The notes beneath the pieces were generated by a model. The model was not told where the DNA came from, ran no database searches, and was given only the letters and a program-made list of their open reading frames with translations. The position numbers were made by a program, and so were the translations under genes. Shown piece by piece: positions 13,911 to 28,095 of a stretch of DNA of 64,000 nt. The stretch's first letter is position 1, and the number at the start of each line of letters is the position of its first letter. Source of the stretch: Callorhinchus milii. Its lineage: Eukaryota. The DNA lies in assembly GCF_018977255.1 (NCBI RefSeq), contig NW_024704743.1, positions 57,228,001 through 57,292,000 on the forward strand, read 5' to 3'.

Positions 13911-16900
13911 TATCATGGCAAAAGTTGGGTTCCCTGATCCCTACTACTGGTGAAGAAATCCCAGAGACAAAGAATATTCTATCTAAGGGCTAATACATAT
14001 TTGCCAAAGTAGGGTTAACTTGTGCTTGTAAACACTTCTGCTAACACTGCATGTATTTGCAGAATATTCTGCATGTAAAGTAGCAACATGAGAGGTATAA
14101 ATTAGACAAAGGTGTTGCTATGTTTGCTTGTGCCAAAAATTAATCAAACACCAATGTTTGATGCCAGATTTTCAAACTGTTCTCTAAAATGTGTCACCCA
14201 AGCCTTGTAAATGTATTAGGATAAATCACAAGTCTGTAATCCCTCCCTCTCCCATACAAAAACCAGGACAACTATAATGAGCTCAACTTGGCTACTCTCG
14301 TTGTTCAAATTTTAAACAAAAAAAGCATGAACCTTGTTAGCATGTGTAATGCAGAGGTGAAAATGTGACATGTGACATGTGATATTGTAATTATCACAGT
14401 GGCTAAAAAATTGCAGTCAAACCAGTCAATGACTAAAGATAAATCCGTACTTTTCATTTGATTTAGGCTCCGTTGTTGGATCTGAAGCTGGTTTAACTGA
14501 GAGCCATAATTGCAACATCACAGCCAAATTTTTAACCCACTTTCTTTCTTTTAAAACTCTTCCCTCCTAACTTTCTTCCCCTGAAGGGACGAGTGAATTC
14601 CACACAAGTGGCCAAGAGGCCTATTTTTGCATTCAGAACAGGTTTTTTTTACTGTTGTTTGATACTGAATGTTCGAAATGTGCAGGTGAAAAATGCAACA
14701 TTTCATAGCAAGTTTGATTTGATAATTATGCCATCAAAGCCATACTTTACTCCTCTGCTCGCCCTCTCTGCACAGCAAACTTAGGCTTATTGTGTGTCTT
14801 CCGCCCTCTCCTCACGACCATTGATATTACTTTGTTGAGATGTCTCAAAACTCTTCAAAGAATATACGGTGAAGTGAATTGACTGAATATTTTGTGGGCG
14901 AAACGTTGCAAGTGAAATATAGGCAAAACCTAGATTCAGGATCAAATGGTGCTGAGAATGTGGAACTCACTGCCAGATGTTGTAGTTGAATATGCATCAA
15001 CATATTTAAAACAAAATATAATGCATACACGAGAGAGAAGGAAATAGAAAGTAGAAACACTGGCATGGATTAGTTGGCTGAACGACCTGTTTCTGTGCAT
15101 TGAATTTATGTTACATATTCAACATTAGTGCAATGCAAAAACAATGTTGAATGGACCCAAAATATACAATATATAGGAATATAGATACATAAATACAGTT
15201 AGCAATTTAGAATTGTTAACAGTCATTGGATTAACAGTGACTTTTTTAGCACTTGTTTAATGTGCTCTGATGTGCTTCCATTCAAATTATGTCTTCAGGA
15301 TTAATTCTCTCCGCATTTGTAACTGTGATACTTTTCTCTCAGTGATCAATCTTTCAGATAATTTTGATCGCTTTATTCGCATTCCAAAATGAGAAAACAT
15401 TTATTCTTTGTAAAAAAATGTCATGCTCCAGTTATTCAATTAGCTTGGAACAAAGATAGTGTTGTATTCACATCTACTGAGAAAAAGAACAGACTTTTTG
15501 AACACCCCCATCCCACCTTGACTGTAAGAAGGAGACACAAGTATGATTTTACCAAACTTTTTTTTAAATGAAGTTAGAAACTAGGGTGAAATTTGTGGTA
15601 TTGCTGTGCTAATTGTTACTGTACAGTAAATTTCCCTTATTGCATTAACTACAATGCATGTATTTTATCTGCAATTCTTCCTGTTTATCTACTTCTACCT
15701 CAAGGAAATTGGGGCAGTTTGCGGCATTTCTTACTTTATTCAATTTCACATGGTACGAAAATATAGGCACGCGTAATCGTTCTTGAATCTAATAGCTTTA
15801 TTCAGCAGCTTTTTACTTAGGACAAAATAAATATTTTATGATTATATATCAAAATATTGAAACGTCTATGTTGGGAAAATGATATATTAACTAATAGACA
15901 AACCATTTCTAGCTTATCAAAATTTGACCAGTACCCCATTGAAATGATCATTTTATACACAGTTCAGAAATGATGAAAGTTTGGCTTCAGCATGGTGTCA
16001 CCCTTTCAACACAAACCAAGGCCATAACTTATCAGCTATACGTTAACTGAATCTTAAAAAATAATTTGCATTTAAATGACGACCATTCAAACAGTTGGGG
16101 GTTTGAGGAATCGTTTAGTCTTCTGGATCTAAGATCAAAGGAAATGAACTATTCCCAATCCTTGCTTCTCCATTACAGGCAAGGAATACTAACTAAGGAA
16201 TTAACTGGGGACTTGTAAATTCCCGGATCTTTACCTCTCAGTTACATACAAAGAACTATTGGCTAAGAAGATGAAATAAGAATGTGAAACTTACTGAAGT
16301 GTTCCATCTTGATTACAAGTAGCAACTTCTAACAGAATGAAAAGCGAGAATATTCTAGATCTGAGCAGATAAGATATATATGAAGAGTTACAGGGTAATA
16401 GAATCTTGGGTAGACAGGATTGCTGTTATACCCCAGTCAAATTATTATTAATACTTGTTAAGAAATGCAAGTTTTGCTTAGAATTTCAAACAAACACTGC
16501 TCTGTTCACTAAATACAGAAATATACCTAAACTGGGCTATTTGCAGTTATTTATGTACTCAGGACAGCAAAGTTGCAACTTAGAGTGAATGGCTTAAAAT
16601 AGCCTTGTCAAGTTCTGAAGCACTTGACTGTGCAAGAATGTGGAGAGCAACAATTAGACAATGATGAGGGAAACATCTAAAAACTTATTTGACCAACTAT
16701 AAAAAGGTAATATCAAGCACTTAGCTCCTCCCTATGACAAGTGATAGTCTTTGTTATATCTTTAATGTATCCTATCCAAAATAAATAAAGGAGAAAGTCC
16801 ACCCCAATTTAAGAACTGCCAGAGAGTTGAAATAGCAAAATGGCTGCTGGAAATGAGAACATTTAATCCCAAACTACTGGGCAATCATGGGAAAAGTAGT

Positions 16901-16957
16901 TTTCCAGATACTCTACATCATTACATGTAGCTCCACATCAACTAAAATAAGGCAATG

Positions 16958-17044
16958 CCATTTCTTTATCTTCATCAAGGAGCCATTGATTGACTTGAAT
17001 ATCATCTGAGATGCATTCCTCCAATTGTAAATCATGCCGATGAT
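16958..17044 (+). repeat. Decayed local duplicate of about 17663-17781
   Basis: 16974-17029 matches 17690-17745 at 50/56 positions; flanks align with deletions. Confidence 0.85.
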
Positions 17045-17680
17045 CTGTCAATCTGACAGCATATTCTAGAACAGGGTTGTCCCCAGCTGGCAGCCCCTGG
17101 GTCGATTTCATCCAAATCCCCCATCCCCTTTCTACATTTTATGTGGCAACCGGCTCCCTCCAGGTTATGTTATGTTATGTTTCTGGGAAGCAAAACAAAA
17201 AATATTGTTTATGCTGCCCGCAAATGTTTCTCAAAGAAGGCATCTGGCCCTCAGCAGCCAAAAGAAGCCTGTTCAAGAAGATGTTGCTTTATAGACAACT
17301 TTTCACAGCAAAGGTTATAGAAACAAACTATTTTTCATATAACTAGAAGATGACATGGGGACAGTAGGAGACCATTCAGCCCACTGAGCATGTTATTCCA
17401 TGTTATTATACCAGAGCAAAGATTTTAATCTTATTTTCTTGCAATTTCTCCATATCTTTTGATATCTTGAAATGTTAAGTATCTATCTATCTATATCCCT
17501 TTTAGACATACTGATTGATTGTGTATCTATGACTTTCTGGTATAGTGCATTCAACCTTCATTAATATTCCCCACAGCTGCAAGTTGTGGTTCTGTCTGGC
17601 TTATCTCAGTAGCCTCTTTCTTGTTCACGACCAATTTCAGATACACACAACTTTGGTCCTTCCCATCTTATCCTCAGCAG

Positions 17681-17767
17681 GTGCTGTTTATCAAGGAGCG
17701 AGTGATTGACTGGAATATCATCCGAGATGCATTCCTCAAAATGTACAAGGAATCAAACTCAGACTAA
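17681..17767 (+). CDS. Candidate terminal coding exon (VLFIKERVIDWNIIRDAFLKMYKESNSD*), gene unknown
   Basis: Pyrimidine tract plus CAGCAG acceptor, open phase-0 frame to TAA, AATAAA at 17779-17784; no homologue recognised. Confidence 0.35.
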   Translation: MLFIKERVIDWNIIRDAFLKMYKESNSD

Positions 17768-19309
17768 ACCATGCTGACAATAAAACACCGGGCTTACCTC
17801 TTTGGTCTCTGGAAAATAAGGATGTAAATATATCAGCATTCTCAACAAATTAAAATGTAAGCTTCTAAATCCAAATGTTAAAGGAACACTATAAATATAC
17901 ACATAGAAAGATTTTAAAATTGGGAATTGAACACAATAGAAGAATGAGAGGTTTCACTAACAAACAGTTTTGTTTTACAAAATGGTATGTTTTTCTTCTC
18001 AGTACAAAATACAAACAAACAAACCAACAAACTGTCTCCTCAGTTCTCCTCTTTCTATATTTGTTTCACGTTTAATCTGACCTCACTCTCTTTGTCCCAG
18101 AGCCTCACCAGTTAAACCATTTCAAAGATCCGTCTGCAAACACCTTAGCAAAGGCTTTGATTTTAATGGACCATCCACTGAGATTCAGGTTGGGGTTTCA
18201 AAGCTTTGAAAGAATTTAGTCAATATCTTTGTGCCTGACTGTAGATCTCAGTGCATTTACACCATAGCATGAACAGTTTGGAAGACAATGTCCTTTCAAC
18301 CATCTTCCCAATATCATGGAATCCTTGCTGTTGATTGCTAGATTATATCACCTATAAAATATACACAGTCATTACACTTTTCAGTATATCCTGTGAAGCG
18401 CGTTGAGGCATCCTCCCAATGTAAAAGGTGTTATTATTATCATTATATTGTTTTATATAAATATAGACCCACAGGTTCCAAATGATTTCTCAATACCCAC
18501 TATTACTGCTATCCCTTCAGTGCCTCAGTCTTTGACAGCTTTAGATTTTGAATATTGTCACCCTCCTTTATAGGGAAGATAGTGCTTTCTCTTGAGTAGG
18601 GAGCAGGACACACATTGTCCTTCCATTATGCAGGTAATTTAAAAATCCAAGGAGCTTCATAAAATTGCTCTCACATTGAAACAACAAGCTTCTATTTATT
18701 CTTTGCCTTACTCTCATATTAATTCTGATTTCTCAAGGACCCAGTCAGAATAATCATTTTGTTCTGGGTGAGGAATTGTAATTGCATTTTTACAATTCAG
18801 CTTGAACTCAATGTTTCATTCTTGGCTGCTATATAAATGGTTTGATTTTTTCACAAAACTAACTTTCTTTGTGACTCATTTTCCTATGTATGCTGCTCCT
18901 TGGATGTGGATGGTGGACCTTTGAGTTCTCCTTATTCTGTCAGAGAGTTAATATATTATCATTCCATAACTATTGCACACATATTGCACTGCTATAACCC
19001 TGACATAACTGCAGCTTTGTAAATATAAGTACTACAATGTGCTTGTCAAAATCATTTTATGGACATGATTGTGTATCAATTCTTTTTGCATTCAATGTAA
19101 TTTAATCCATTAAAAAACACAATCTTCACCTAATATCTGAATAAGGTGTCCACAACCTGTGCTTTTCTCCCATCCAATCTCCAATGTTCTAATGCCATCC
19201 AGTCTCTCCCTCCTGAACAATTTGGGAGGCATTGGAACTGTGGAAATTGGATGAGAAACAGATGGTATCACTTCTTTGTAGCCTGGGGATATACAGTAAG
19301 ACTGAAAGG

Positions 19310-19520
19310 CCCACTTTCAGGTTTATGAAGAGCAATTTTAGAACAGACATTGAGGGAAATAAATAGGTGGAGCAGGTTAATAGGAAATGTAGTGGAGACC
19401 ACGACACTGGATTCATTTAACAAACGTCTTGATGCTGAAATGGAGAGTCAGCACAGTTGGTATTCTGAAAAGATAAGATCAAATGGGTTAAAAGGCTTCC
19501 TTCATTTGAACCTCTCTTGT
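19310..19520 (+). mobile_element. CR1 LINE 3' fragment
   Basis: Decayed CR1 C-terminus (..RWSRL..SFNKRLD) and 3' UTR-like end. Confidence 0.6.
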
Positions 19521-20264
19521 AATCCAGTTGTAATACAGCGCCTTGGGACGTCCTCCCGACGTGAAAGGCGCTCAATAAATGGAATCTTGTTGTTGTATGA
19601 TTTGTAGATTTCCCGCATTGTAATAGTAATACTAATTCTTTTAAAGTTTGTTTCTGTATCTCGTACCAAACCCTGAGAATTGCAAAAAACAGGAATCAAA
19701 CCATTGGTAATGGATTCCGATTGTTACTCACCATCCCTCACACAAGCTCTGCTGTTGACATTGACCTGTGACATGTACACATGGATTTGCAGGCTTTCTC
19801 TGTCAATTATCCTTTTTGTTGCTGTCAGTGATACTTTTTAACCCCTAATACAAACTTCACATCTGGATTTTCGGACTTTTGGGATTTTATGTGGCTGATT
19901 AGCTGCTATGGAAGCGTAAAATTCTCTTTACCGATATATTGGCTGCTATCTTTTCATTAATGCTGACAAAATTGCTTGGAGCATCATTCAGGGATAATAA
20001 TAATGATAACAAGAACAAAAATAATACAATTATTATTTAGGGCTAAAAATTATTTTTATATATGGCTTTGCCACAAGTAAACAGTCAATTCACTTTACAG
20101 TATATCCTTTGAAGCGCTTTGAGACGTTCTCAACAATGTGCTACTATATCAAATGCAAAGATTATTACTATTATTACAAGCAATTAACACAAGGAACACA
20201 TTATGATTCCCATTGTCCCATGATCAGGGATTTTGAGCTCTCATCATCTAAGCAGACACTCCAG

Positions 20265-20480
20265 AACAGGACGAGTGCTGCTTTGTTTAGGTATCATCCT
20301 TTAGATGAGACGTTAAACCAACATTCAGTCTGCCTGTTCAGGTGGATATTAAAGAATCTATGACACAATTCGTAAAGAGAAGAGATTTTCTCCCGGTGTC
20401 CTGGTCAACCATCCTCCAGATAACGTCATCATGGCTGTTTGTTGGATTTTGTGCATGCAAGTTGCCTGCTGCGTTTACCT
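20265..20480 (+). mobile_element. Deu-domain SINE fragment
   Basis: GATGAGACGTTAAACC..TCTGCCTGTTCAGGTGGA core. Confidence 0.75.
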
Positions 20481-21275
20481 ATAAATACACAGACTTTACA
20501 CATAAGAGCAAGTGATTACTATGAAACGATATGAAATTGCTCAGTGAACACTGGCCTGCCCAGCTTCATGTCCCCTGCCCTATCCAACCCACCATTGGCC
20601 TGCAGGCTTTAAAGCATTCTGTTCCCACTGTCTGGAATTACACCATGGAGTCTCTCTGACTCTCTCAGTTCCTCACCTCATTCAAAGTCCAACTCAAGAC
20701 CGACCTCTTTGACCGCTCTTTCAGTCATCTTTCCCCTCTCATCCCCTTCAGCTCCCACCTCAGCATGGTGCCCAGCCAGCAGTGTTAATCATTTCGAGAC
20801 CTCCTCCAGACATGAAAGACACTATATAAATGTAAATTGTATTGTAAATGTTTTGACATTATATTAAATGCAAAGATTATTATTATGAAATGTTGCAAAC
20901 TTTACCCAATTGTTGAAAAATATCCATTTTTCTTCTATCTAGCAAACAGGAATGTTGGCTCACAGTCAACAACCACAACTTGCATTTATATAGCATTTAA
21001 AATACTATATTTCAAAGAGACTGAAGTAAGTTTACCAAGAGGTCAATAATTTAATGAGTTAAAGGATTAACAGAAATCTGATTGATGTTTATTGAAATAA
21101 AAGAAACTAACTCAGGGAAGCTAATTAAGTTATCACACAGATTACTAGAGCACAAAATAATCGATTTACCACATTCAGAGAGCAACAGCTAGTCAAATAC
21201 TGTTGACCCCCTACTCTTGTGAGTTCAGGCAGAATCTACAATAGATAGAGTTACTAATTAAAAGTGGCTACTTAC

Positions 21276-21299
21276 TGCAGTAGTCCTCGGAAACTCATG
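21276..21299 (-). other. Candidate 24-nt microexon (HEFPRTTA or xMSFRGLLx)
   Basis: Minus strand reads CTGTTCCTTCACAG|CATGAGTTTCCGAGGACTACTGCA|GTAAGT; frame-preserving length. Confidence 0.3.
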
Positions 21300-21809
21300 C
21301 TGTGAAGGAACAGCTGACAAGCGTGGAAATGGCCAAAGTGTACGGAGAGAACCATCTGTTTCCAATGCTGCTCTCAGCTAATCTTCAAATTGATTTATTC
21401 TCACAAAAATATCATAATTGTTAGCCATGGACACAGAATTGCTCTTACGAAAATTGGATTTTTGATTTAAATTAAAGCTCATGTTAATAATGATTTGGTG
21501 GATGTTTCCGCTTTCCCACTAATCACTTCTATTGTAAACATCAGCAAAGCCCTTCCTCTTAATCCTGTTAGATAAGGTGTGGGTTATTTTTGTGAGACTC
21601 TCTGCCTAATCCTTCTACCCAGTGAAAAAAGTTATGAATAACAAAATTTCCTCAGCAACCAATATATTTTACTTCTTAATGCAATGCTTAAAATGGTGCT
21701 ATAATTCCTTGGCTGATCATCATAAAATATTTGTTCAATTTTGGCACAACTGATTATGTAGCTTGTATGGCTTTCTGCACAGTAACAAAATAATCCCTAC
21801 GTTAGAAAA

Positions 21810-22090
21810 ACAAGATCACAAGAATGGTTTGGATGTAAAAGGCCCTTCGATCCATTTGATCTCATCCTTCCAGAATACCCAACCTCCCTTCAAAGATCAA
21901 GCCATTTTTTAAATGAGTCCAGCCTCAAGCATCCTTCATGGTAACCTGTACCAGTCATGAATTACCCTCTGGGTAAAGAAAATCTTCCTGGTGACTGTCC
22001 TGAAATTACTCTTTGCTACTCTAAACCTATGTCCCCTCGTTCTACCAATTTTCTGCATACAAAAGTATTGTTCTGGGTTTACTTTTTCAA
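21810..22090 (-). mobile_element. CR1 LINE 3' fragment
   Basis: Similar to 13055-13275. Confidence 0.6.
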
Positions 22091-22994
22091 TCGCAGGGTT
22101 CCATCCTCAGTCCTCTGGCACCAGGGTGAGAAGTGGCAGCTGAGTGGACAGGAGCCAATCCCATCAACATTTTTCACAGCACCAAAGAACACGGCTGCCT
22201 CTCACATGTATCCAACACCTGATTCAATAAAATCAAGACATCCATAGCAAGGAGTCACGCTGCTCACAAACTGAGAGGAAGAAGAATGAATAGGGTTTAG
22301 ATTTAATTACTTTACACAGAGCATTATTGAAATAGTAATAATAATAATAAATATGTGGAATATTTTGCCCAAGAAGGCAGTGGAGGAGCATATTTTAGGT
22401 ATGTTCAAGAGGAAATTAGATGAATCTTTAACAGCAAAGGGAATATGTGAGATTTGAGTTGACAGTCAGAATTAGACTAGCCAGATGGATTGTAGAGGTG
22501 TTTTCTGGTCTTACACATTCCTATATTTCATGAGTAAGTGTGCCTATCACATTTCAAAAACTAAATGAACTGATATGTTGGAAAATGTGGTTCTATGGTC
22601 AGGGCTATGAACTGCATAAACCCCTGTGGATTCCAAGATATACGTCACATGCCATGAACAAATAGACCCAAGTCCCTCTTTCACAACAATTTCTGATCAC
22701 ATGCCCCAATAAAGGCAATGGGGTACATTAACTAATGCAGAAGTAAGTAATGTCATTTTAGATATGCAATGGTGCAAAACATAAATCAAAAAAATATTAG
22801 CAATATTAAAGGAGTATCTTGTGTCATTTTTTTCATCTTATCAGTGCCAAGATTTTATCAAGTAAGACAAGTTATCGTGTAAGATAAAAACAAATTGCTT
22901 GAAAGGATGTGAACTCTTGGATCTTGGATATAACACCATTTGATATAACATGATTTTACTGTAAAGGGCAGTGATTGTAGGTGATCATGGTAAC

Positions 22995-23175
22995 CAAATT
23001 ACACAAGCCGATGTCCCATAATCAGCCATGAAGTGAATGACCAATTTTATCTGAAAGATTGTCAACCAGGACACTGGGAGAAACTCCCTTCTCTTTTCGA
23101 AAAGTGCCGTGGGATTTTTAACAACCATCAAAACAGCAGATGGGACCTTGGTTTAACATCTCATCCGAAGGATGG
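22995..23175 (-). mobile_element. Deu-domain SINE fragment
   Basis: Reverse complement of the Deu core. Confidence 0.75.
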
Positions 23176-23871
23176 ATTTGAGAAGAGTTAAGATTGTCAG
23201 AATGCTGGCATTTCCAATATCAAACATCAGCAATGGGCCAAATAGTCTATTCCTGCACTTATCTTCTTATGTTCTTATGTATTATTATATAATCCTTAAA
23301 TATATATGGAGGAAATTTGCAGTGTCTCATAATGCATTCTTTGTCACAATATTGATGAAAGGAATGCCTTATGAAACACTTACAAATTTTCTCTATATAT
23401 AATAATAATCCTTGCATTTAATATAGTGCCTTATCACATTGTTGAGACAACTCAAAGCACTTCACTGATAACTGTAAGTGGAGTGATTGTATTTTGTGGG
23501 CATCTACAAGGATAATATCTATATCTACAAATAATCCTCAGTTCAGAGATTTGTTTAACTTTAGATAATATAGTATTCATTTGAATGAAAGATAACAAAA
23601 CTCATGCTCTGGAATTGGACCTGTGTAAAGTTTCTGAATGCATTTAAGTACACGTGTCCTACATTTTGCAGCCAATGTTACTGTATTGGAAAATATTAAT
23701 TCCACCAGAGAACAATCCTACCAGACATTATAAAGAGTTTACCTCGAACAAACAGTATACTCTGTGTCAGTTGGTATTTAGCTTAAAGGTTCATTCACAG
23801 TTGGTCGGTAATTTAATTTCAGGTCTAAATCAATTTTTTTTGTATGAGTCATATCTGCTGGTTCCCCTCAG

Positions 23872-24004
23872 TGACCTGGAGGAGAATTTCCTCAGCTTTG
23901 AAACTCAAGAGAATATCTCCTGCCAGATCGATACTGTCCTGCTGCGCTTCAGCTTCCTGTACAACAGAGATGAAGCCGGCCTCAGCCCAAACTGGAGGCA
24001 TTGA
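23872..24004 (+). CDS. Candidate coding exon, strand ambiguous (+: DLEENFLSFETQENISCQIDTVLLRFSFLYNRDEAGLSPNWRH*)
   Basis: Unique segment; 30 of 43 codons end in G/C in this frame; acceptor TTCCCCTCAG; a strong minus-strand acceptor also precedes 23991. Confidence 0.35.
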
Positions 24005-24138
24005 AAAGACAAAGAGCAAGGAATTCATGTTTTAATCATCAATTTGAAACTGCATGAAAAACATTGAATACACATTAACACTTGCCTCGCCCCAGGGTAA
24101 GCAAACATTGAAAAGTTCATGTTTCAGTGGGAAAAGCT

Positions 24139-24497
24139 AATAATAATCATAATAATCCTTGCATGTAATTTAGCGCCTTATTACATCGTTAAAATGTCTC
24201 AAAGTGCTTCACTGAATATACGGTAAAGTGGATCGACTCTATATTTTGGGCGAAACGCTGCAGCCAATTGCACACAGCAGTGTTTCACAAATAGTCGTGG
24301 ATTATGTGACCACACTTTTTTTGAGGGACTATTACCCTTGGAAAGTGATCTGCCAATCGACTTACAATTGGGTTCTTACTACGGCTAGGTAAACAGAGGC
24401 GTGTGGAGTAAGGAAACTTGCCTAAGGTTTCACTCTGCCCGGGAATCAGTCCTCTTGCTTGCAAGGCGAATGCGCTAACCACTATGCTATGGGACTC
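24139..24497 (-). mobile_element. tRNA-SINE long subfamily
   Basis: Full head-to-(TTA)n structure. Confidence 0.9.
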
Positions 24498-25151
24498 TAC
24501 GATACTTCAGTACTTAACTTTTCAAATAATTTTGAATTACAGGAACCATGCATATATTTGGGTAAAGTCTATGACAATTCTTAAATTATATCAGATGTAA
24601 ATTATTTCCCACTGGGAGGCATCACTTCCCTCCAGGTAAATGGTTTCTTCTGTCAGGTCCACACGACTGCCATTTTTAAAAAAAATTTAAGGAAGTGATT
24701 TTTGTTTTACAAACTATTGGCCCTATAGTGTCCTGCGATTATTGTTATTTACCGAATATTTATTTTCCACCTTTGATCTGTTGAGGGGGTGAGAATTAGA
24801 GTTTTACCAAGCGTCCCAGCACACCCACTTGGTAAAGGCAGGGGATACATCTCAGCACTCACACAGCAGAGAATCAAATAAGACCTACAAAAGCCTTAAT
24901 TCAAAGCCTTTCTGGTTCATGACTCAAGTTTGGATGAAATCATGAGGGCTGACATGGCAGCATTCCCAGAAGTTACCCCACGTCAAGCGCACTAAATAAA
25001 TGCAAGTTTTTGTTATTAGTTTTCTTTCATCTATTCCTGAAGACTGGCTATGAGAGTTGAATAATAATAGTAATAATAATATTTTTTACTTTTGGAATTG
25101 TACTTTTCATATCAGGAGGACATCTCAAAGTGCTTCACAGGATATACTATA

Positions 25152-25517
25152 AAATAATAATAATAATCCTTACATTTGTTGTAATGCCTTATCATGTCTT
25201 CAAGATGTCTCAAGCACTTCACAGAGTATACTGTAAAGTGAATTGACTGTGTATTTTGTGGGCGAAACACGACAGCCCATTGCGCACAGCAGTGTCCAAC
25301 AAACAGTCATAGATTGAGTGACCAAATCATTAGTTTTTTTTAAGGGATTATTACTGCCGGAAAAGTGATTCACCAATCGACTAACAACCGGGTTTCTACT
25401 CACTGCTAGGTGAATGGAAGTGTGTAGAGTCAGGAAACTTGCCCAATATTTCTCCTTGCCCGGGATCAAACCTAGGTCCTCTCGCTTGCAAGACAAATGC
25501 TCTAACCACTACGCTAC
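25152..25517 (-). mobile_element. tRNA-SINE long subfamily
   Basis: Full structure; an extra SINE tail lies adjacent at about 25070-25151. Confidence 0.9.
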
Positions 25518-26989
25518 AAGACAAAATGGAATGACTGTGTGTTTTGTGGGCAAATCTCGAACTTTCAAGAAGACAAGTTTCATTTTGTTTTATTGCTTCT
25601 GTCGCAGCGTACAAGTTACTGAGTACTGCTGAGCCCATCCCTGCAAACAAGGGTCTTCACGTTCACTAGGAAAAATAGCCACTGTGGTGAGTTGTCAGAT
25701 TGATTTATCCAGCTTGACCTTGCCATGTCAAGCTTCAATGTTGAATGGCCACACAACAAGATGGAAATCTTTCCTGGTGGGGGAATGAAAATATTCAAGG
25801 TCACAATGAATTTCTAAGATATAAATTATTACAACAAAGTTGATTGATTTGACTTTCTGCAACAGGGCTCTGTCATTCATTCAGTTTGATTGGGAGAAAC
25901 ACTCTAGTATTTTTACTAACTTTTTATTTTGTGGATTTTATATTCCCACTAATTTTAGAAAATGTGTGTGAAAGGATATTGGCCGCTGAGGTCTGGATAA
26001 GATGAAAGTTTGTGGAGAGTTGAGCTGGGAAAGCCAACAAGGAGAGCATTGGAGAAAAACAATGCTACATTCGCATACAAAACACACTGCACTTCACAGT
26101 GCACCCTGTGAAACGCTTTGGGACATCCTCCTTAAAACAAGTGTCCAATAATGCAGACCGGCTCTTGAGATTTCAACATCGACAACAGCAACAGAGAAAT
26201 CTGCCCTCTAAACCATTCAAATGGCCTAAATATCACATGGTCTCTAAATATCTTCTACAGCCTAAGAAAATCAGAACTATAAATTGTTTTTTCCCTTTTT
26301 TCCTACCATCTGAAGGTTCAATCAGCCACCCATATTCTTATGAGTAGGTAGGAGAGCAGCTCCCAGACTTTGGTCAGTAGATTTCTATATTGGGGGCTAT
26401 AAGATGTGGCAGAGTGCCCTGCTGTAATTGACTCTGTTTTGCCCCTCACCTCTTGTGAGGTAGTGCCTGGCTTCTGCAAGGTGTTTCTCCTTGTGGAATG
26501 CCAGAATCAGAAATCTTGGCATTTGGGGAATTGAAGCATGAACTTGCGTCCTATTGCTCCTGCATTGGGATTCTTGGGCACTGCTCCACTACTCTAACCC
26601 CTTGTGACATTACTGAAATAATATTTTTAAAGATTTGACGTTTAGCATTGAGTTACACTGTAATATCTGACTGTTTTTTCTCAGGGTATGGGTAAACTGC
26701 TGAAGCTAGTCATGAGATACAGCAGCTTTGGCACTTTGCCAGTTCTCTCAGCTTTGCTCTGTCTATCACACTTTAACTTGTTCCTTTTTTTGTTATCATT
26801 TCCACATTTCTTTTTTTTAATCTCTATTCTATTCCAGTTTTGCTTTCCTGTTCATCAATCATCTGGTCTACTGAAGCCAAAATCCCTTCGATATGTGTTT
26901 AGAACTGCTGTAATGAGCTGATAGAATCAAACTATTTTAACTGTCTAGCCACCATCTAAACTATAAATGAAACCACATACTGTGTACAG

Positions 26990-27472
26990 AACCCAGATTT
27001 TTCACCGGGTCTTAACCTAAAGAGAATCCTTCCTTTGGATCAGATATTAAACTGATGCTTTTTCAAGAGGATGTTAAAAATCCAATGGCGCTATTTGAAA
27101 CAATGCAACAATCCCCCAAATAAACTTAGTCACTCACTTCATGCCTTTTTGGGGGAGTTTTCTGCAACATTTGCCTACAAATACACAGACACTACACTTT
27201 GCAGTAAATCCTGTGAAGTACTTTGGGACTTTTCAACAATGTGATCAGGCATTATATCAAATGCAAGAATTATTATTATAACTGTCTTAAAATTTAAGAA
27301 TATAATGAAACTTGAAACATTCTTAAATTCAGTCTTAATTTAGAAGCCAGTTTTCTGCAGTTCTAAAAGTGCTTCTAAATTGAATCTAAATTTTAAAAAA
27401 TTCCTAAATTCTGCACAATTAACATTTTAGGACAATGCCTTAAGGCTAAGACTATGAGAAATGTCAGGACTT
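26990..27472. mobile_element. Palindromic MITE-like element with a Deu SINE inserted (about 27025-27280)
   Basis: Right end CCTTAAGGCTAAGACTATGAGAAATGTCAGG and internal TTCTTAAATTCAGTCTTAATTT are shared with 40736-40889. Confidence 0.6.
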
Positions 27473-27782
27473 ATATATATATACATATATATAGATAGAA
27501 TAACAGATGTCTGAAAGTGTTTAGTGAAGGGGTTCAGATGACATCCTAAATCACGAGAACTGTTTATAAAGTTATGAGCTTGTATTACATCCTATTAACG
27601 CACTGTTTCAAACATCTGTCATTTTAACAATTAGAACATTTTGAGATACATGAGTCATGCTAAATAATTCAGTGTAGCTATTGTGCAGGAGTGTTTTGCT
27701 GCCCTACTTGGAGAAACAAACAAATGATTGTTCATTTAATTAGCTCTGTTCAGGTACTGTTTAGTAACAAACCAAATAAGAT

Positions 27783-28095
27783 AACACAACAACTTACATT
27801 TATATAGGGTCCTTCATGCGGGTAGCATCTTGGACTGCTTAACAGCAGTGTGGTTTTACGCTGAGCTGGAAAGAGAGGGGAGGTGACTGTAGGCACACTC
27901 GAAAAGGAAAGACTTCAAGTGTGATTTGAAGATGGGCAAAGAGGGACAGGATGGAAAGATTGTAACAAGGAGTTTTGGGGCATCATTGCTGAAAGCAAGG
28001 CCACCAATGACTGAGCGGAGGGGACCAGCAATGTGCAGAAGGCCCAAAGGTGGTCAGTAATGGAGTGGGGTGAGAGCAGATAAATGAAACCAAGC
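27783..28095 (-). mobile_element. L2 LINE 3' fragment (family b)
   Basis: IGGLAFS..FKSHLKSFLF motif and tail. Confidence 0.8.

Noticed and set aside
15970..16050. ATGATGA ... CTGA spaced like a C/D snoRNA
   Set aside because: No independent terminal stem or recognisable guide; expected by chance
17664..17731. C/D snoRNA-like arrangement on the minus strand
   Set aside because: Box C is poor (ATGATAT) and no rRNA/snRNA guide is recognisable
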